A stretch of DNA of 63,903 nt, filler included, from Vicugna vicugna (taxonomy: Eukaryota), in NCBI GenBank assembly GCA_013265495.1. It is 81 parts of 79 records of this genome, joined end to end, with 100 filler letters (N's around TTAATTAATTAA, not from the genome) between each part and the next. Parts side by side here need not be neighbours in the genome. Positions count along the whole stretch, not along the records: positions 1 to 824 come from PNXW01007636.1; positions 925 to 1,926 come from MU059099.1; positions 2,027 to 3,300 come from MU059103.1; positions 3,401 to 4,487 come from MU059104.1; positions 4,588 to 5,299 come from PNXW01007654.1; positions 5,400 to 5,917 come from MU059105.1; positions 6,018 to 6,855 come from MU059106.1; positions 6,956 to 7,447 come from PNXW01007680.1; 73 more parts are not named here. One strand, given 5' to 3'. Position numbers and translations under genes: made by a program. Positions 1 to 11,393 of the stretch are shown piece by piece. Position 1 is the stretch's first letter. Each line of letters starts with the position of its first letter. The notes under the pieces are model-generated. The model saw only the letters and a program-made list of their open reading frames with translations, was not told the origin of the DNA and ran no database searches.

Positions 1-824
1 AGGGAACACAAGCTAAGGGATTCTAATAGAACCCAGGAGCTGCTGAAATTTGGAGTAGCCTCCCCATGCTTAGGATTCCAGAAAACTTCTTCGTGTGTGT
101 GCTGTTGGTGGAGAAACAGTGTCCACGCATATTCCAGGGGGCAAAGGTATTCCCTTGTTGTGGGTTGTTGGTTAAACACCTCAACTTCCCATGGAGAGGC
201 ACTCCCCAATACTTGGATTTAGAGCCCAAATCCCACTTTGAACCGCACTCCAGCTTATGCAATCCATCGGGGAAGAGAAGTTTAAGGATTCTACTAGAAC
301 ACTGGCACTGCTCTCAGTTGGTGGAACTTTCCTACTCTCAGAATTCCGGAAGCCAACCTTGTGTGGCGGGGATTTGTGGAGCCACAATCCAAGTAGATGA
401 ATGGGGTCACACTTGTTTCCCATTAGGGAGAAGTCCTCTAAATAATTCCATATTCCATCGGGGGGCAGTTGCTGCTACTTGGCCTCCAAGCCAAACTTCG
501 AGATTTCCCTCTCAGAACGGCATAGGGAAACACTCAAGGAATACACGCTAAGGGATTCTATTAGAACCCAGGCGCTGCTGTCATTTGGAGGAGCCTCCCC
601 ACAATCAGAATACCTGAGCACGTCTCCGTGTGTGTGCTGGAGGTGCGGAATCAGAGTCCACGCATCTTTATGGGGGCACAGGTGTTCCAAGGTTGGGGAA
701 GAAGTTTCAAATCCTCCACTGCCCACAGAGATACACTCGCTTATTCTTGGCTTTAGAGCCCATTCCCAACCATCGCAGATTAGGGAATACAAGCTGAGTT
801 ATTCTATTTGAACGCAGGCGCTGC
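1..824 (+). repeat. Satellite family A (diverged ~267-bp monomers, higher-order array)
   Basis: Anchor AAGCTAAGGGATTCTATTAGAACCC-like motif recurs near 10, 279, 545 and 791. The same monomer types occur in five other scaffolds. Confidence 0.85.
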
Positions 825-924
825 NNNNNNNNNNNNNNNNNNNNNNNNNNNNNNNNNNNNNNNNNNNNTTAATTAATTAANNNNNNNNNNNNNNNNNNNN
901 NNNNNNNNNNNNNNNNNNNNNNNN
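825..924. other. Artificial scaffold-joining spacer N44-TTAATTAATTAA-N44 (first of about 80 in the window)
   Basis: Exactly 44 N + a palindromic 12-mer (869-880) + 44 N = 100 bp. It recurs identically throughout the window, the last at 63410-63509. TAA occurs in all six frames. Confidence 0.98.
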
Positions 925-1843
925 TCCCGAGGAATATCATGATAGACACACGGGGAAACAGAGCAGAAGATGGGTGTTAGGCAGCCCAGAAGAGCTCCTC
1001 TGTATTTCCGAGGCAAAGTGGGGCCGTTGACTTAATCACAGGGACAAAGTGAGGATGAACTTTTCCCTGCTCTGTCCCATACTTCATGATATGCTTTTCC
1101 CTGCATAAGGAGTTCATTCGGAAGTCCCTGGTGGTGTTTCTGNNNNNNNNNNNNNNNNNNNNNNNNNNNNNNNNNNNNNNNNNNNNNNNNNNNNNNNNNN
1201 NNNNNNNNNNNNNNNNNNNNNNNNNNNNNNNNNNNNNNNNNNNNNNNNNNNNNNNNNNNNNNNNNNNNNNNNNNNNNNNNNNNNNNNNNNNNNNNNNNNN
1301 NNNNNNNNNNNNNNNNNNNNNNNNNNNNNNNNNNNNNNNNNNNNNNNNNNNNNNNNNNNNNNNNNNNNNNNNNNNNNNNNNNNNNNNNNNNNNNNNNNNN
1401 NNNNNNNNNNNNNNNNNNNNNNNNNNNNNNNNNNNNNNNNNNNNNNNNNNNNNNNNNNNNNNNNNNNNNNNNNNNNNNNNNNNNNNNNNNNNNNNNNNNN
1501 NNNNNNNNNNNNNNNNNNNNNNNNNNNNNNNNNNNNNNNNNNNNNNNNNNNNNNNNNNNNNNNNNNNNNNNNNNNNNNNNNNNNNNNNNNNNNNNNNNNN
1601 NNNNNNNNNNNNNNNNNNNNNNNNNNNNNNNNNTCCTGGCTGAGGGATTAAGTGTCCACACTAACCCTAATAGAATCTCTCTGAAACAAAGGCGGATTCA
1701 CTTTTAAATGTCTGTAAACCGGCGGGCTGCACCTCCCTCCCCCCTTGGCTACAAGACAGTTCTCTTCCTTGCTGATTCCTTTCTGGATGTAGGGAAGCAA
1801 TCCGGCACACAGCCAGGGTGGACTGGCCTCCAGGTAGACTTAC

Positions 1844-1926
1844 CTTCTGTCTGTGTCCAGTCCCATGACGTCCTCCTTCTTGAACGGGATGTAGACGAGG
1901 GGGATCTTGTCCTCAGATTTCTTGGG
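1844..1926 (-). pseudogene. TRAPPC9: TRAPPC9-like first coding exon, 3' end (copy 2), followed by a GTAAGT donor and intron
   Basis: The minus strand reads PKKSEDKIPLVYIPFKKEDVMGLDTDRR|gtaagt, versus TRAPPC9 ..[27 protein letters not shown]. The intron (1843 down to ~1707) aligns with 14565-14699. The visible part is open, so pseudogene status is unproven. Confidence 0.8.
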
Positions 1927-2026
1927 NNNNNNNNNNNNNNNNNNNNNNNNNNNNNNNNNNNNNNNNNNNNTTAATTAATTAANNNNNNNNNNNNNNNNNN
2001 NNNNNNNNNNNNNNNNNNNNNNNNNN

Positions 2027-3300
2027 GAGCTCGAGAGACAACTCCACGAAGCTCTCTTCGGTGACAGGTTTTCCATGTACGGGGAGGTTCGAGAAATAAC
2101 TTCCCTGACCTTGGGGAGACAGCTTCTGACACTGGGAAATCCTGCAATCACCCCTAGCATTCCCTGGCACAGAGACATTAGGAAAACCCTCAGGGGAGAC
2201 GAGCTTAGGCATTCCGTTAGAACCCACGCGGTGCCGACCGTTGGTGGAACCTCCCCACNNNNNNNNNNNNNNNNNNNNNNNNNNNNNNNNNNNNNNNNNN
2301 NNNNNNNNNNNNNNNNNNNNNNNNNNNNNNNNNNNNNNNNNNNNNNNNNNNNNNNNNNNNNNNNNNNNNNNNNNNNNNNNNNNNNNNNNNNNNNNNNNNN
2401 NNNNNNNNNNNNNNNNNNNNNNNNNNNNNNNNNNNNNNNNNNNNNNNNNNNNNNNNNNNNNNNNNNNNNCGTGCTGCCGACCGTTGGTGGAACCTCCCCA
2501 CGCTCAGGATTCCGGAAACATTGTCAGTGCGTGGGGGAGCTCGAGAGACAACTCCACGCAGCTCTCTTAATTCACAGGTGTTCCCTGTGCGGAGAAGGCC
2601 GAGAATACATTCCTTGACATTGAGGAGGCAGCCTCTTTCCCTGGGATATCCTGCAATCACCGCTAGCAGTCCCTGGCTCAGAGACAATAAGAAAACACTT
2701 AGGAAAGACTAGCTTAGGAATTCCGTTAGAACCCACACGCTGCCGACCGCTGGTGGAACCTTCCCACGCTCAGGATTCCGGAACCATTGTCGGTGTGTGG
2801 GGGAGCTCGAGAGACAACTCCACGCAGCTCTCTTCAGTCACATGTTTTCCCTGTTCGGGGAAGTCCGAGAAATAACTTCCCTGAGCTTCGGGAGGCAGCC
2901 TCTGTCACTNNNNNNNNNNNNNNNNNNNNNNNNNNNNNNNNNNNNNNNNNNNNNNNNNNNNNNNNNNNNNNNNNNNNNNNNNNNNNNNNNNNNNNNNNNN
3001 NCGTTGGTGGAACCTCCCCACGCTCAGGATTCCGGAACCATTGTCAGTGCGTGGGGGAGCTCGAGAGACAACTCCACGCAGCTCACTTCAGTCACTGGTG
3101 TTCCATGTTCGGGGAAGCCCGATATATACCTTCCCTGAACTTGGGGAGGCACCCTCTGACACTGGGATATCCTGCAATCACCCCTAGCATTCCCTGGCAT
3201 AGAGAAATTAGGAAAACACTCAGGGGATACGAGTTTAGGCATTCAGTTAGAACCCACGCGCTGACGACCGTTGTGGGAACCTCCCCACGCTCAGGATTCC
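2027..3300 (+). repeat. Satellite family B (267-bp CpG-rich monomer)
   Basis: Repeated GAGCTCGAGAGACAACTCCACGCAGC...GTTGGTGGAACCTCCCCACGCTCAGGATTCCGGAACC units. Confidence 0.95.
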
Positions 3301-3400
3301 NNNNNNNNNNNNNNNNNNNNNNNNNNNNNNNNNNNNNNNNNNNNTTAATTAATTAANNNNNNNNNNNNNNNNNNNNNNNNNNNNNNNNNNNNNNNNNNNN

Positions 3401-4487
3401 TAGAGTATAGAATGAGGAACACAGAATATAGAATATAGAATAAAGGATATTGAACGCAGAATTTAGTACATGGAATGCAGAACACAAAATTTACAATATA
3501 GAATACAGAATACTGAATATAGAATTTCGAATATAGAATGTAGAAATCAGAATATAGAATATAGTATACAAAATCAAGAATATAGAATTAAGAAAAAGNN
3601 NNNNNNNNNNNNNNNNNNNNNNNNNNNNNNNNNNNNNNNNNNNNNNNNNNNNNNNNNNNNNNNNNNNNNNNNNNNNNNNNNNNNNNNNNNNNNNNNNNNN
3701 NNNNNNNNNNNNNNNNNNNNNNNNNNNNNNNNNNNNNNNNNNNNNNNNNNNNNNNNNNNNNNNNNNNNNNNNNNNNNNNNNNNNNNNNNNNNNNNNNNNN
3801 NNNNNNNNNNNNNNNNNNNNNNNNNNNNNNNNNNNNNNNNNNNNNNNNNNNNNNNNNNNNNNNNNNNNNNNNNNNNNNNNNNNNNNNNNNNNNNNNNNNN
3901 NNNNNNNNNNNNNNNNNNNNNNNNNNNNNNNNNNNNNNNNNNNNNNNNNNNNNNNNNNNNNNNNNNNNNNNNNNNNNNNNNNNNNNNNNNNNNNNNNNNN
4001 NNNNNNNNNNNNNNNNNNNNNNNNNNNNNNNNNNNNNNNNNNNNNNNNNNNNNNNNNNNNNNNNNNNNNNNNNNNNNNNNNNNNNNNNNNNNNNNNNNNN
4101 NNNNNNNNNNNNNNNNNNNNNNNNNNNNNNNNNNNNNNNNNNNNNNNNNNNNNNNNNNNNNNNNNNNNNNNNNNNNNNNNNNNNNNNNNNNNNNNNNNNN
4201 NNNNNNNNNNNNNNNNNNNNNNNNNNNNNNNNNNNNNNNNNNNNNNNNNNNNNNNNNNNNNNNNNNNNNNNNNNNAATATAGAAAACAAAATATAGAAGC
4301 CAGAATTTAGAACATGGAATGCAGAACACAAAATTTATAATATAGAAAACAGAATACTGAAGATAGAATTTAGAATATAGAATGTAGAACACAGTATAAA
4401 GAATATAGAATACGGGATTCAGAATATAGAATGTAGAGTATAGAATGAAGAACACAAAATACAGAATATAGAATAGAGAATATAGAA
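3401..4487 (+). repeat. Satellite family C (AGAATAT heptamer-based)
   Basis: Continuous 7-mers of form (A/G/T)GAA(T/C)NN; large internal gap. Confidence 0.95.
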
Positions 4488-4587
4488 NNNNNNNNNNNNN
4501 NNNNNNNNNNNNNNNNNNNNNNNNNNNNNNNTTAATTAATTAANNNNNNNNNNNNNNNNNNNNNNNNNNNNNNNNNNNNNNNNNNNN

Positions 4588-5299
4588 GAACACCTGTGCC
4601 CCCATAAAGTTGCATGGACTATGTATCCCCAACACCAGCACACACACAAAGAATTCTTTAGGTATCCTGAGTGTGGGGAGTCTCCTTCAAGTGACAGCAG
4701 CGCATGGGTTCTAATAGAATAACTCAGCTTGTATTCCTTGAGTGTTTCCCTAAGCCTGGCTGGGAGCAAATTTTGGGGGTTGGGCTTGGAGGCCAAGTAG
4801 AAACTTGTGCCAAAAGATTGACTCAGGAAGTACTTAGGGAACTCCCCTACAGGGGAACACCTGTGTCACCATTCATCTGCGTGGATTGGGGCTGCACACC
4901 TCCGCCACACAGAAGAGGGTCTCTGGAGATCTAAGTGTACGGAAGTTCCTCCAAATGACAGCAGCACCTCGGTTCAATACAATCTCTTATCTTGTCTTTC
5001 CTGATGGCTTGCCCTGCCAGGAGTGCGGGGGAAATTGGAGGTTGGGCTCTAAAACGAAATATTAGCGAGAGACTATCCTTGGGATGTGGGTGTATAACTT
5101 ACAACCCACAACCCTGAAATAACTCTGCCCCCTGAAATATGCTTTGACTCTGTTTCAATACATCCAGCACAGACACGAAGAATTGTTCTGGTTTCTGAGT
5201 GTGGGGAAGTTCCTTCAAATTACAGAGGCACCTGTATTCTAATAGGAATCACTTAGCTTGACTTCCCTAAGTCTTTTCCTAGACCTAGCAGTGAGCGAT
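4588..5299 (-). repeat. Satellite family A
   Basis: Reverse complement of the A anchor motifs (GGGTTCTAATAGAAT..CTTAGCTTG). Confidence 0.85.
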
Positions 5300-5399
5300 N
5301 NNNNNNNNNNNNNNNNNNNNNNNNNNNNNNNNNNNNNNNNNNNTTAATTAATTAANNNNNNNNNNNNNNNNNNNNNNNNNNNNNNNNNNNNNNNNNNNN

Positions 5400-5917
5400 A
5401 GATCACTATTCCACATGCTCACATGTCAGAAACGCATGTTTGCTTTATCCGTCATGCATATATCATGTACGTAACCCGGAATGCCATGTTGACGGAATTC
5501 ATGTAAATTACATATCTGTTAGGTGGAAATCGCTCTAGAAGTATTTTTCTGTGAAAAAAGCAAGAATTCGAAACTGGTGTTAGGGAAAGCTTGTGAAAAT
5601 GAGTACACGTGTCTAGATGAAAACATTCCATTTATANNNNNNNNNNNNNNNNNNNNNNNNNNNNNNNNNNNNNNNNNNNNNNNNNNNNNNNNNNNNNNNN
5701 NNNNNNNNNNNNNNNNNNNNNNNNNNNNNNNNNNNNNNNNNNNCTATTCAAATTACATATCTCTTGGGTAGAATTCGCTCAAGAGGGTTTTTCTGGGGTC
5801 AAAGTGTGATTCTTGAAACTGGTGATAGGAAGAAATTACGAAGTCAAAGTAAATATTTCAAAGCGCAGAGGAAAATTGTTTTGTGGTTGAAACATCAGTC
5901 ATGCACATGTTCACAAC
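5400..5917 (+). repeat. Satellite family D (~740-bp trimer)
   Basis: CCACATGCTC..ATCCGTCATGCAT..CCCGGAATGCCATGTT..AAATTACATATC motifs shared with 17 other scaffolds. Confidence 0.92.
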
Positions 5918-6017
5918 NNNNNNNNNNNNNNNNNNNNNNNNNNNNNNNNNNNNNNNNNNNNTTAATTAATTAANNNNNNNNNNNNNNNNNNNNNNNNNNN
6001 NNNNNNNNNNNNNNNNN

Positions 6018-6855
6018 AAAGAATACAGAATAAAGAATTAAGAATATAGAAAGTAGAACACACAATATAGAATATAGAATAGGCAATATAGAACCCAGAA
6101 TTTAGAACATGGGATGTAGAACACAGAATTTAAAATATAGAATGCAGAATACTGAATATAGAATATAGAATACAGAACGCAGAACACAGAATATAGAATA
6201 TAGAGTACGGAAAGTAGAATATAGTATAAAGAATATAGAATGTTGAACACAGAATATAGAATTAGGAAAACAGAATGCAGAACCCANNNNNNNNNNNNNN
6301 NNNNNNNNNNNNNNNNNNNNNNNNNNNNNNNNNNNNNNNNNNNNNNNNNNNNNNNNNNNNNNNNNNNNNNNNNNNNNNNNNNNNNNNNNNNNNNNNNNNN
6401 NNNNNNNNNNNNNNNNNNNNNNNNNNNNNNNNNNNNNNNNNNNNNNNNNNNNNNNNNNNNNNNNNNNNNNNNNNNNNNNNNNNNNNNNNNNNNNNNNNNN
6501 NNNNNNNNNNNNNNNNNNNNNNNNNNNNNNNNNNNNNNNNNNNNNNNNNNNNNNNNNNNNNNNNNNNNNNNNNNNNNNNNNNNNNNNNNNNNNNNNNNNN
6601 NNNNNNNNAAAATTTAGAACACAGAATATAGAATATGGAAAACAGAATACAGAACCCAGAATTTAGAAAATGGAATGCAGAACGCAGAATTTAGAATATA
6701 GAATACAGAATATTGAATATAGAATTTACAATATAGAATGAAGAACACAGAGTATAGAATATGGAATAAGGAATACTGAATATACAATTCAGAATATAGA
6801 ATGTAGACCTCAGAATATAGAATATAGAATAGAGAATATAAAACCCAGAATTTAT
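6018..6855 (+). repeat. Satellite family C
   Basis: AGAATAT/AGAACAC/AGAATTT heptamer array. Confidence 0.95.
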
Positions 6856-6955
6856 NNNNNNNNNNNNNNNNNNNNNNNNNNNNNNNNNNNNNNNNNNNNT
6901 TAATTAATTAANNNNNNNNNNNNNNNNNNNNNNNNNNNNNNNNNNNNNNNNNNNN

Positions 6956-7447
6956 TTCTGCAATCCGGAGTCTATATTCTATATATCTGTGTTCTACATT
7001 CTATATTCTTTATTCCATATTCTGCATTCCGTATTCTATATTCTATATTCTGCATTCTATATTCTAAAATTCTATATTCAGTATTCCGTATTCTATATTT
7101 TATACTCTGGCTTCTACATTCTATATTCTAAATTTCATATTAAGTATTCTGTATTCTTTATTCTAAATTCTGTGCTCTGCATTCCATGTACTTAATTCTG
7201 GGTTCTATATTCTCTATTCTATATTGTATATTTTGTGTTCATCATTCTATATACTATGTTCTATATTCTGCATTCTGTAGTCTATATTCTATTCTCTGTG
7301 TTCTACATTCTATATTCTTAATTCTACATTCAGTATTCTGTATTCTATAATATAAATTCTGTGTTCTGCCTTTCGTGTTCTAAGTTCTTGGTTCTATATT
7401 ATATAATCTATATTCTATTTTCTGTGTTCTATATTCTATATTCTAAA
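6956..7447 (-). repeat. Satellite family C
   Basis: ATATTCT heptamer array (reverse strand). Confidence 0.95.
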
Positions 7448-7547
7448 NNNNNNNNNNNNNNNNNNNNNNNNNNNNNNNNNNNNNNNNNNNNTTAATTAAT
7501 TAANNNNNNNNNNNNNNNNNNNNNNNNNNNNNNNNNNNNNNNNNNNN

Positions 7548-8320
7548 TCCAGTGATGATAATTCAGTGTTGAAATCTACAAATATGACTCCCGTTTTATA
7601 TCTGTTGGTAATTGTTTTATGTACTTAGGTGCTCCTGTATTTGGTGCATATGTATTAATGAGTGTGCTATCCTCATATTGTATCACTCCTTCAATCATTA
7701 TAAAACGTCCTTCTTTTTCTTTCTTTATGGCCTTTGTTTTAAAGATTATTTTGTCTGAAATCAGTTCTGCAACATCTGCTTTTTGGCTTTTCCAATTGTA
7801 TGGAATACCCTTTTCCATCCTTTCACTCTCAATCTATATGTGTCCTTCTCTCTGAAGGGGGTCTATTCTATGCAGCATATTGAATGTTCTTGCTTTATTA
7901 TCCAGCCTGCTACTCTGTGACTTTCGACTGGAGCATTTAGTCCATTAACATTTACAATAATTGATGACAGCCTTGTGTTTATTGCCAATTTGACCTTATA
8001 TTTGCAGTTGATTTGGTATTTCCTCTTTGTTCCTTTCATCTTCCTTTTATGGTTTGGTAACTTTCCTTTGTTATGTCAAGAATTTTACTTAGTTTTAGTG
8101 ACTCCCTGATAGGTTTTTGTCTTCTTGTTACCCTGTTTTATAAGTCCATTAGGCCATTACTATAATAAGTCCATTAGGCCATTACTATAACTGCTTCTAT
8201 TAAACGGATAGTAAGATGATCTCAAACCCATCCTACCGAGAAAAAAAATTTTAAAATAAAAGACCAAAAAAAAATTTCCTTTATTTTCCTGCCTCCCTCT
8301 CCGACTCTCAATGATTTGTA
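7548..8320 (-). mobile_element. LINE-1 fragment (ORF1 end, inter-ORF region and ORF2 endonuclease domain)
   Basis: Minus-strand translation KADVAELISDKIIFKTKAIKKEKEGRFIMIEGVIQYEDSTLINTYAPNTGAPKYIKQ matches the L1 ORF2 APE domain. Confidence 0.92.
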
Positions 8321-8420
8321 NNNNNNNNNNNNNNNNNNNNNNNNNNNNNNNNNNNNNNNNNNNNTTAATTAATTAANNNNNNNNNNNNNNNNNNNNNNNN
8401 NNNNNNNNNNNNNNNNNNNN

Positions 8421-8955
8421 AAATGTGTACACGAGTCTAGATGAAATTAGTACATTTATAGAGGAGAAAACATTACTAATCCAGATGACCTACACTCAGG
8501 AATGTATATTTGTTGAATCCGTCATATATGTAGCAAGTACGGAACATGGAATATCATGTAGATGGAATCTATTCAAATAAAATATCTCTAGGGAAGATTA
8601 CGCTCCAAAAGGGTTTTTGTGTGATCAAACTGTGATTCTAGAAACTGGTGATAGGAAGAAGCTACAAAGTCAAAGTAAATTTTTCAGAGTGCATAGGTAA
8701 CTTGTTTGGTGGTTGAAACAACAGTCATGCGCATGTTCACAACTCAGAAAACTCAGAAATGCATGTTTCAGGAATCCGTGATGCATGAAACATGCTCATA
8801 ATACGGAATTCCATGGTTATGTAAACAATGTAAATTACATGTGTATTGGTGAGAATTTGCTCATAGAGATTTTTCTGGTGCCATATGACCGAAGTAAAAC
8901 CTGGTGATACGAAAAATCTTTGAAGTCAGAGTAAATATTTCTAAGTCTATATACG
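8421..8955 (+). repeat. Satellite family D
   Basis: D subunit motifs (GTGTACACG..TCTAGATG, AAACTGGTGATAGGAAGAAGCTAC). Confidence 0.92.
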
Positions 8956-9055
8956 NNNNNNNNNNNNNNNNNNNNNNNNNNNNNNNNNNNNNNNNNNNNT
9001 TAATTAATTAANNNNNNNNNNNNNNNNNNNNNNNNNNNNNNNNNNNNNNNNNNNN

Positions 9056-9431
9056 AAAGAGTGTTTTCTGGTGTCAAATGTCCGATTTTAGAACATGGTG
9101 GAAGAAAAAAACTATGAAGTCAGTGTAAATTTTTCTAAGTGTATATATGCCTTGTATGGTCGGTGAAAGTTCAATAATCCACATGCTCACAACTCAGAGA
9201 CCCATGTTTTCGTATCTGTCATGCATGTAGCATGTACGGAACCCGGAATGCCATGTTGATAGAATTCATGTAAATTACATATATGTTAGAATATATGTTA
9301 GTTGGAAATCGCTCCAGAACTATTTTTCTGTGAAAAAGTACGAATTCAAAACGGGTGCTAGGGAAAGATTGTGAAAATGTGTACATGGGGCTAGATGAAA
9401 ATATTCCTTTTATAGAGGATGAAAGATTAGT
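9056..9431 (+). repeat. Satellite family D
   Basis: D subunit motifs. Confidence 0.92.
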
Positions 9432-9531
9432 NNNNNNNNNNNNNNNNNNNNNNNNNNNNNNNNNNNNNNNNNNNNTTAATTAATTAANNNNNNNNNNNNN
9501 NNNNNNNNNNNNNNNNNNNNNNNNNNNNNNN

Positions 9532-10442
9532 TTCCCTAACACCAGATTCAAATTCGTGCTTTTTTCACAGAAAAATCATTCTGGAGCGATTTCCACCTCA
9601 CAGATATGTAATTTAAATGAATTCCATCAACATGGCTTTCCAGGATCCGTACATGCTACATGCATGACGGATTCGGCAATCATACATTTCTGTCTTGTGA
9701 ACATGTGGATTACTGACCTTTCATTCACCAATAAGGCGTATATAGACTTAGAAATATTTACTCTGACTTCATAGTTTTTTCTATCACCAGGTTGTAAAAT
9801 TGGACATTTGGCACCAGAAAACACACTTTGAACGAATTATCACCAATACACATGTAATTTACATTGTTTACATAACTATGGCATTCCGTATTCCGAACAT
9901 GATTCATGCATCACGGATTCTTCAAACATGCATTTCTAAGTTGTGAACATGAGCATGACTGATGTTTCAAACACCAAACAAGTTACCAATGCACTTTGAA
10001 ATATTTATTTTGTCTTCGTAGCTTCTTCCTATCACCAGTTGAAAGAATCACAGATTGATCCCAGAAAAACCTTCTTGGAGCGGATTCTACACTAGAGATA
10101 TGAAATTTGAATAGATACCATCAACATGATATTCCGTGTTCCGTACATGATTCATACATGACGGATTCGATAAACATGCATTCCTGAGTTGAGAGCATGT
10201 GGATTACAAATCTTTCAACCTCTATAAAAGGAATATTTTCATCTAGACACGTGTACACATTTTCACAAGCTTTCCCTAACACCAGTTTCGTATTCGTGCA
10301 TTATTCACAGAAAAATAGTTCTGGAGCAGTTTAAGTTTCAACATAAGAGTAGGAAATTTACATGAATCCCAACAATATGGCATTCCGGGTTCTGTTGATG
10401 TTACATGCATGATGGATTCGGCAATCATGCATTTCTCACTTC
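9532..10442 (-). repeat. Satellite family D, more than one full ~740-bp unit
   Basis: TTCCCTAACACCAG at 9532 and 10272 (period 740) with no gap in between. Confidence 0.95.
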
Positions 10443-10542
10443 NNNNNNNNNNNNNNNNNNNNNNNNNNNNNNNNNNNNNNNNNNNNTTAATTAATTAANN
10501 NNNNNNNNNNNNNNNNNNNNNNNNNNNNNNNNNNNNNNNNNN

Positions 10543-11293
10543 TCAGACTGGGTTATTAAATATAATAGGAATTTTTTTCTTTACTCTCTTTATTTTCCTT
10601 TGTCAATTCCTTGTGATTTTAATATATAATATCATGTCATCTGGAATCAAAACAGTTTTATTTCTTTCTTTCTAATCTAGATGCTTTATTTTCTTTGTTT
10701 GCTTTGACTTGAACCTCTAGTACAATGTTGATTGTGTGAGGAAATATTTCAGTCTTTCAACATTATGTATGATCTTTGTTCCAGGTTTTTCATAGTTGTT
10801 CTCTGTCAAATTGAGGAACTTCTCTTCTATTTCTAGTTTTTATACATTTTTTCTATTAATATGGCATATTACATGAATTGACTTTTGTATGTTGAACTCC
10901 CTTTGCATACCTGGATATATCCCACTTAATTGTGGTCTATTATATATGTTACTGGATTGGATTTGTTTGTATTCTGTTGAGGATTTTTGCATTTATATTC
11001 ATAAGAGATAGTCTTTAGTTTTCTTGTGATGCCTTTGTCTGGTTTTGGTATCAGTGTGNNNNNNNNNNNNNNNNNNNNNNNNNNNNNNNNNNNNNNNNNN
11101 NNNNNNNNNNNNNNNNNNNNNNNNNNNNNNNNNNNNCATTGTTTTCTTTTTTTTGTTTGTTTTTTCTTTAAGTAGTTGATGGAATTCACCAGCAAAGCCA
11201 TACGGGCCTAGCATTTCCTTGTAGGAATGTTTTGGATTACTATTTTCATCACTAATTACTGTAGGATTATTTGAGTTTTCTATTTCTCCTTGA
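10543..11293 (-). mobile_element. Old, internally deleted LINE-1 ORF2 (RT region)
   Basis: Minus-strand TLIPKPDKGITRK..ISY..NAKILN-like L1 RT motifs; paralogous to 42304-42747. Confidence 0.85.
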
Positions 11294-11393
11294 NNNNNNN
11301 NNNNNNNNNNNNNNNNNNNNNNNNNNNNNNNNNNNNNTTAATTAATTAANNNNNNNNNNNNNNNNNNNNNNNNNNNNNNNNNNNNNNNNNNNN

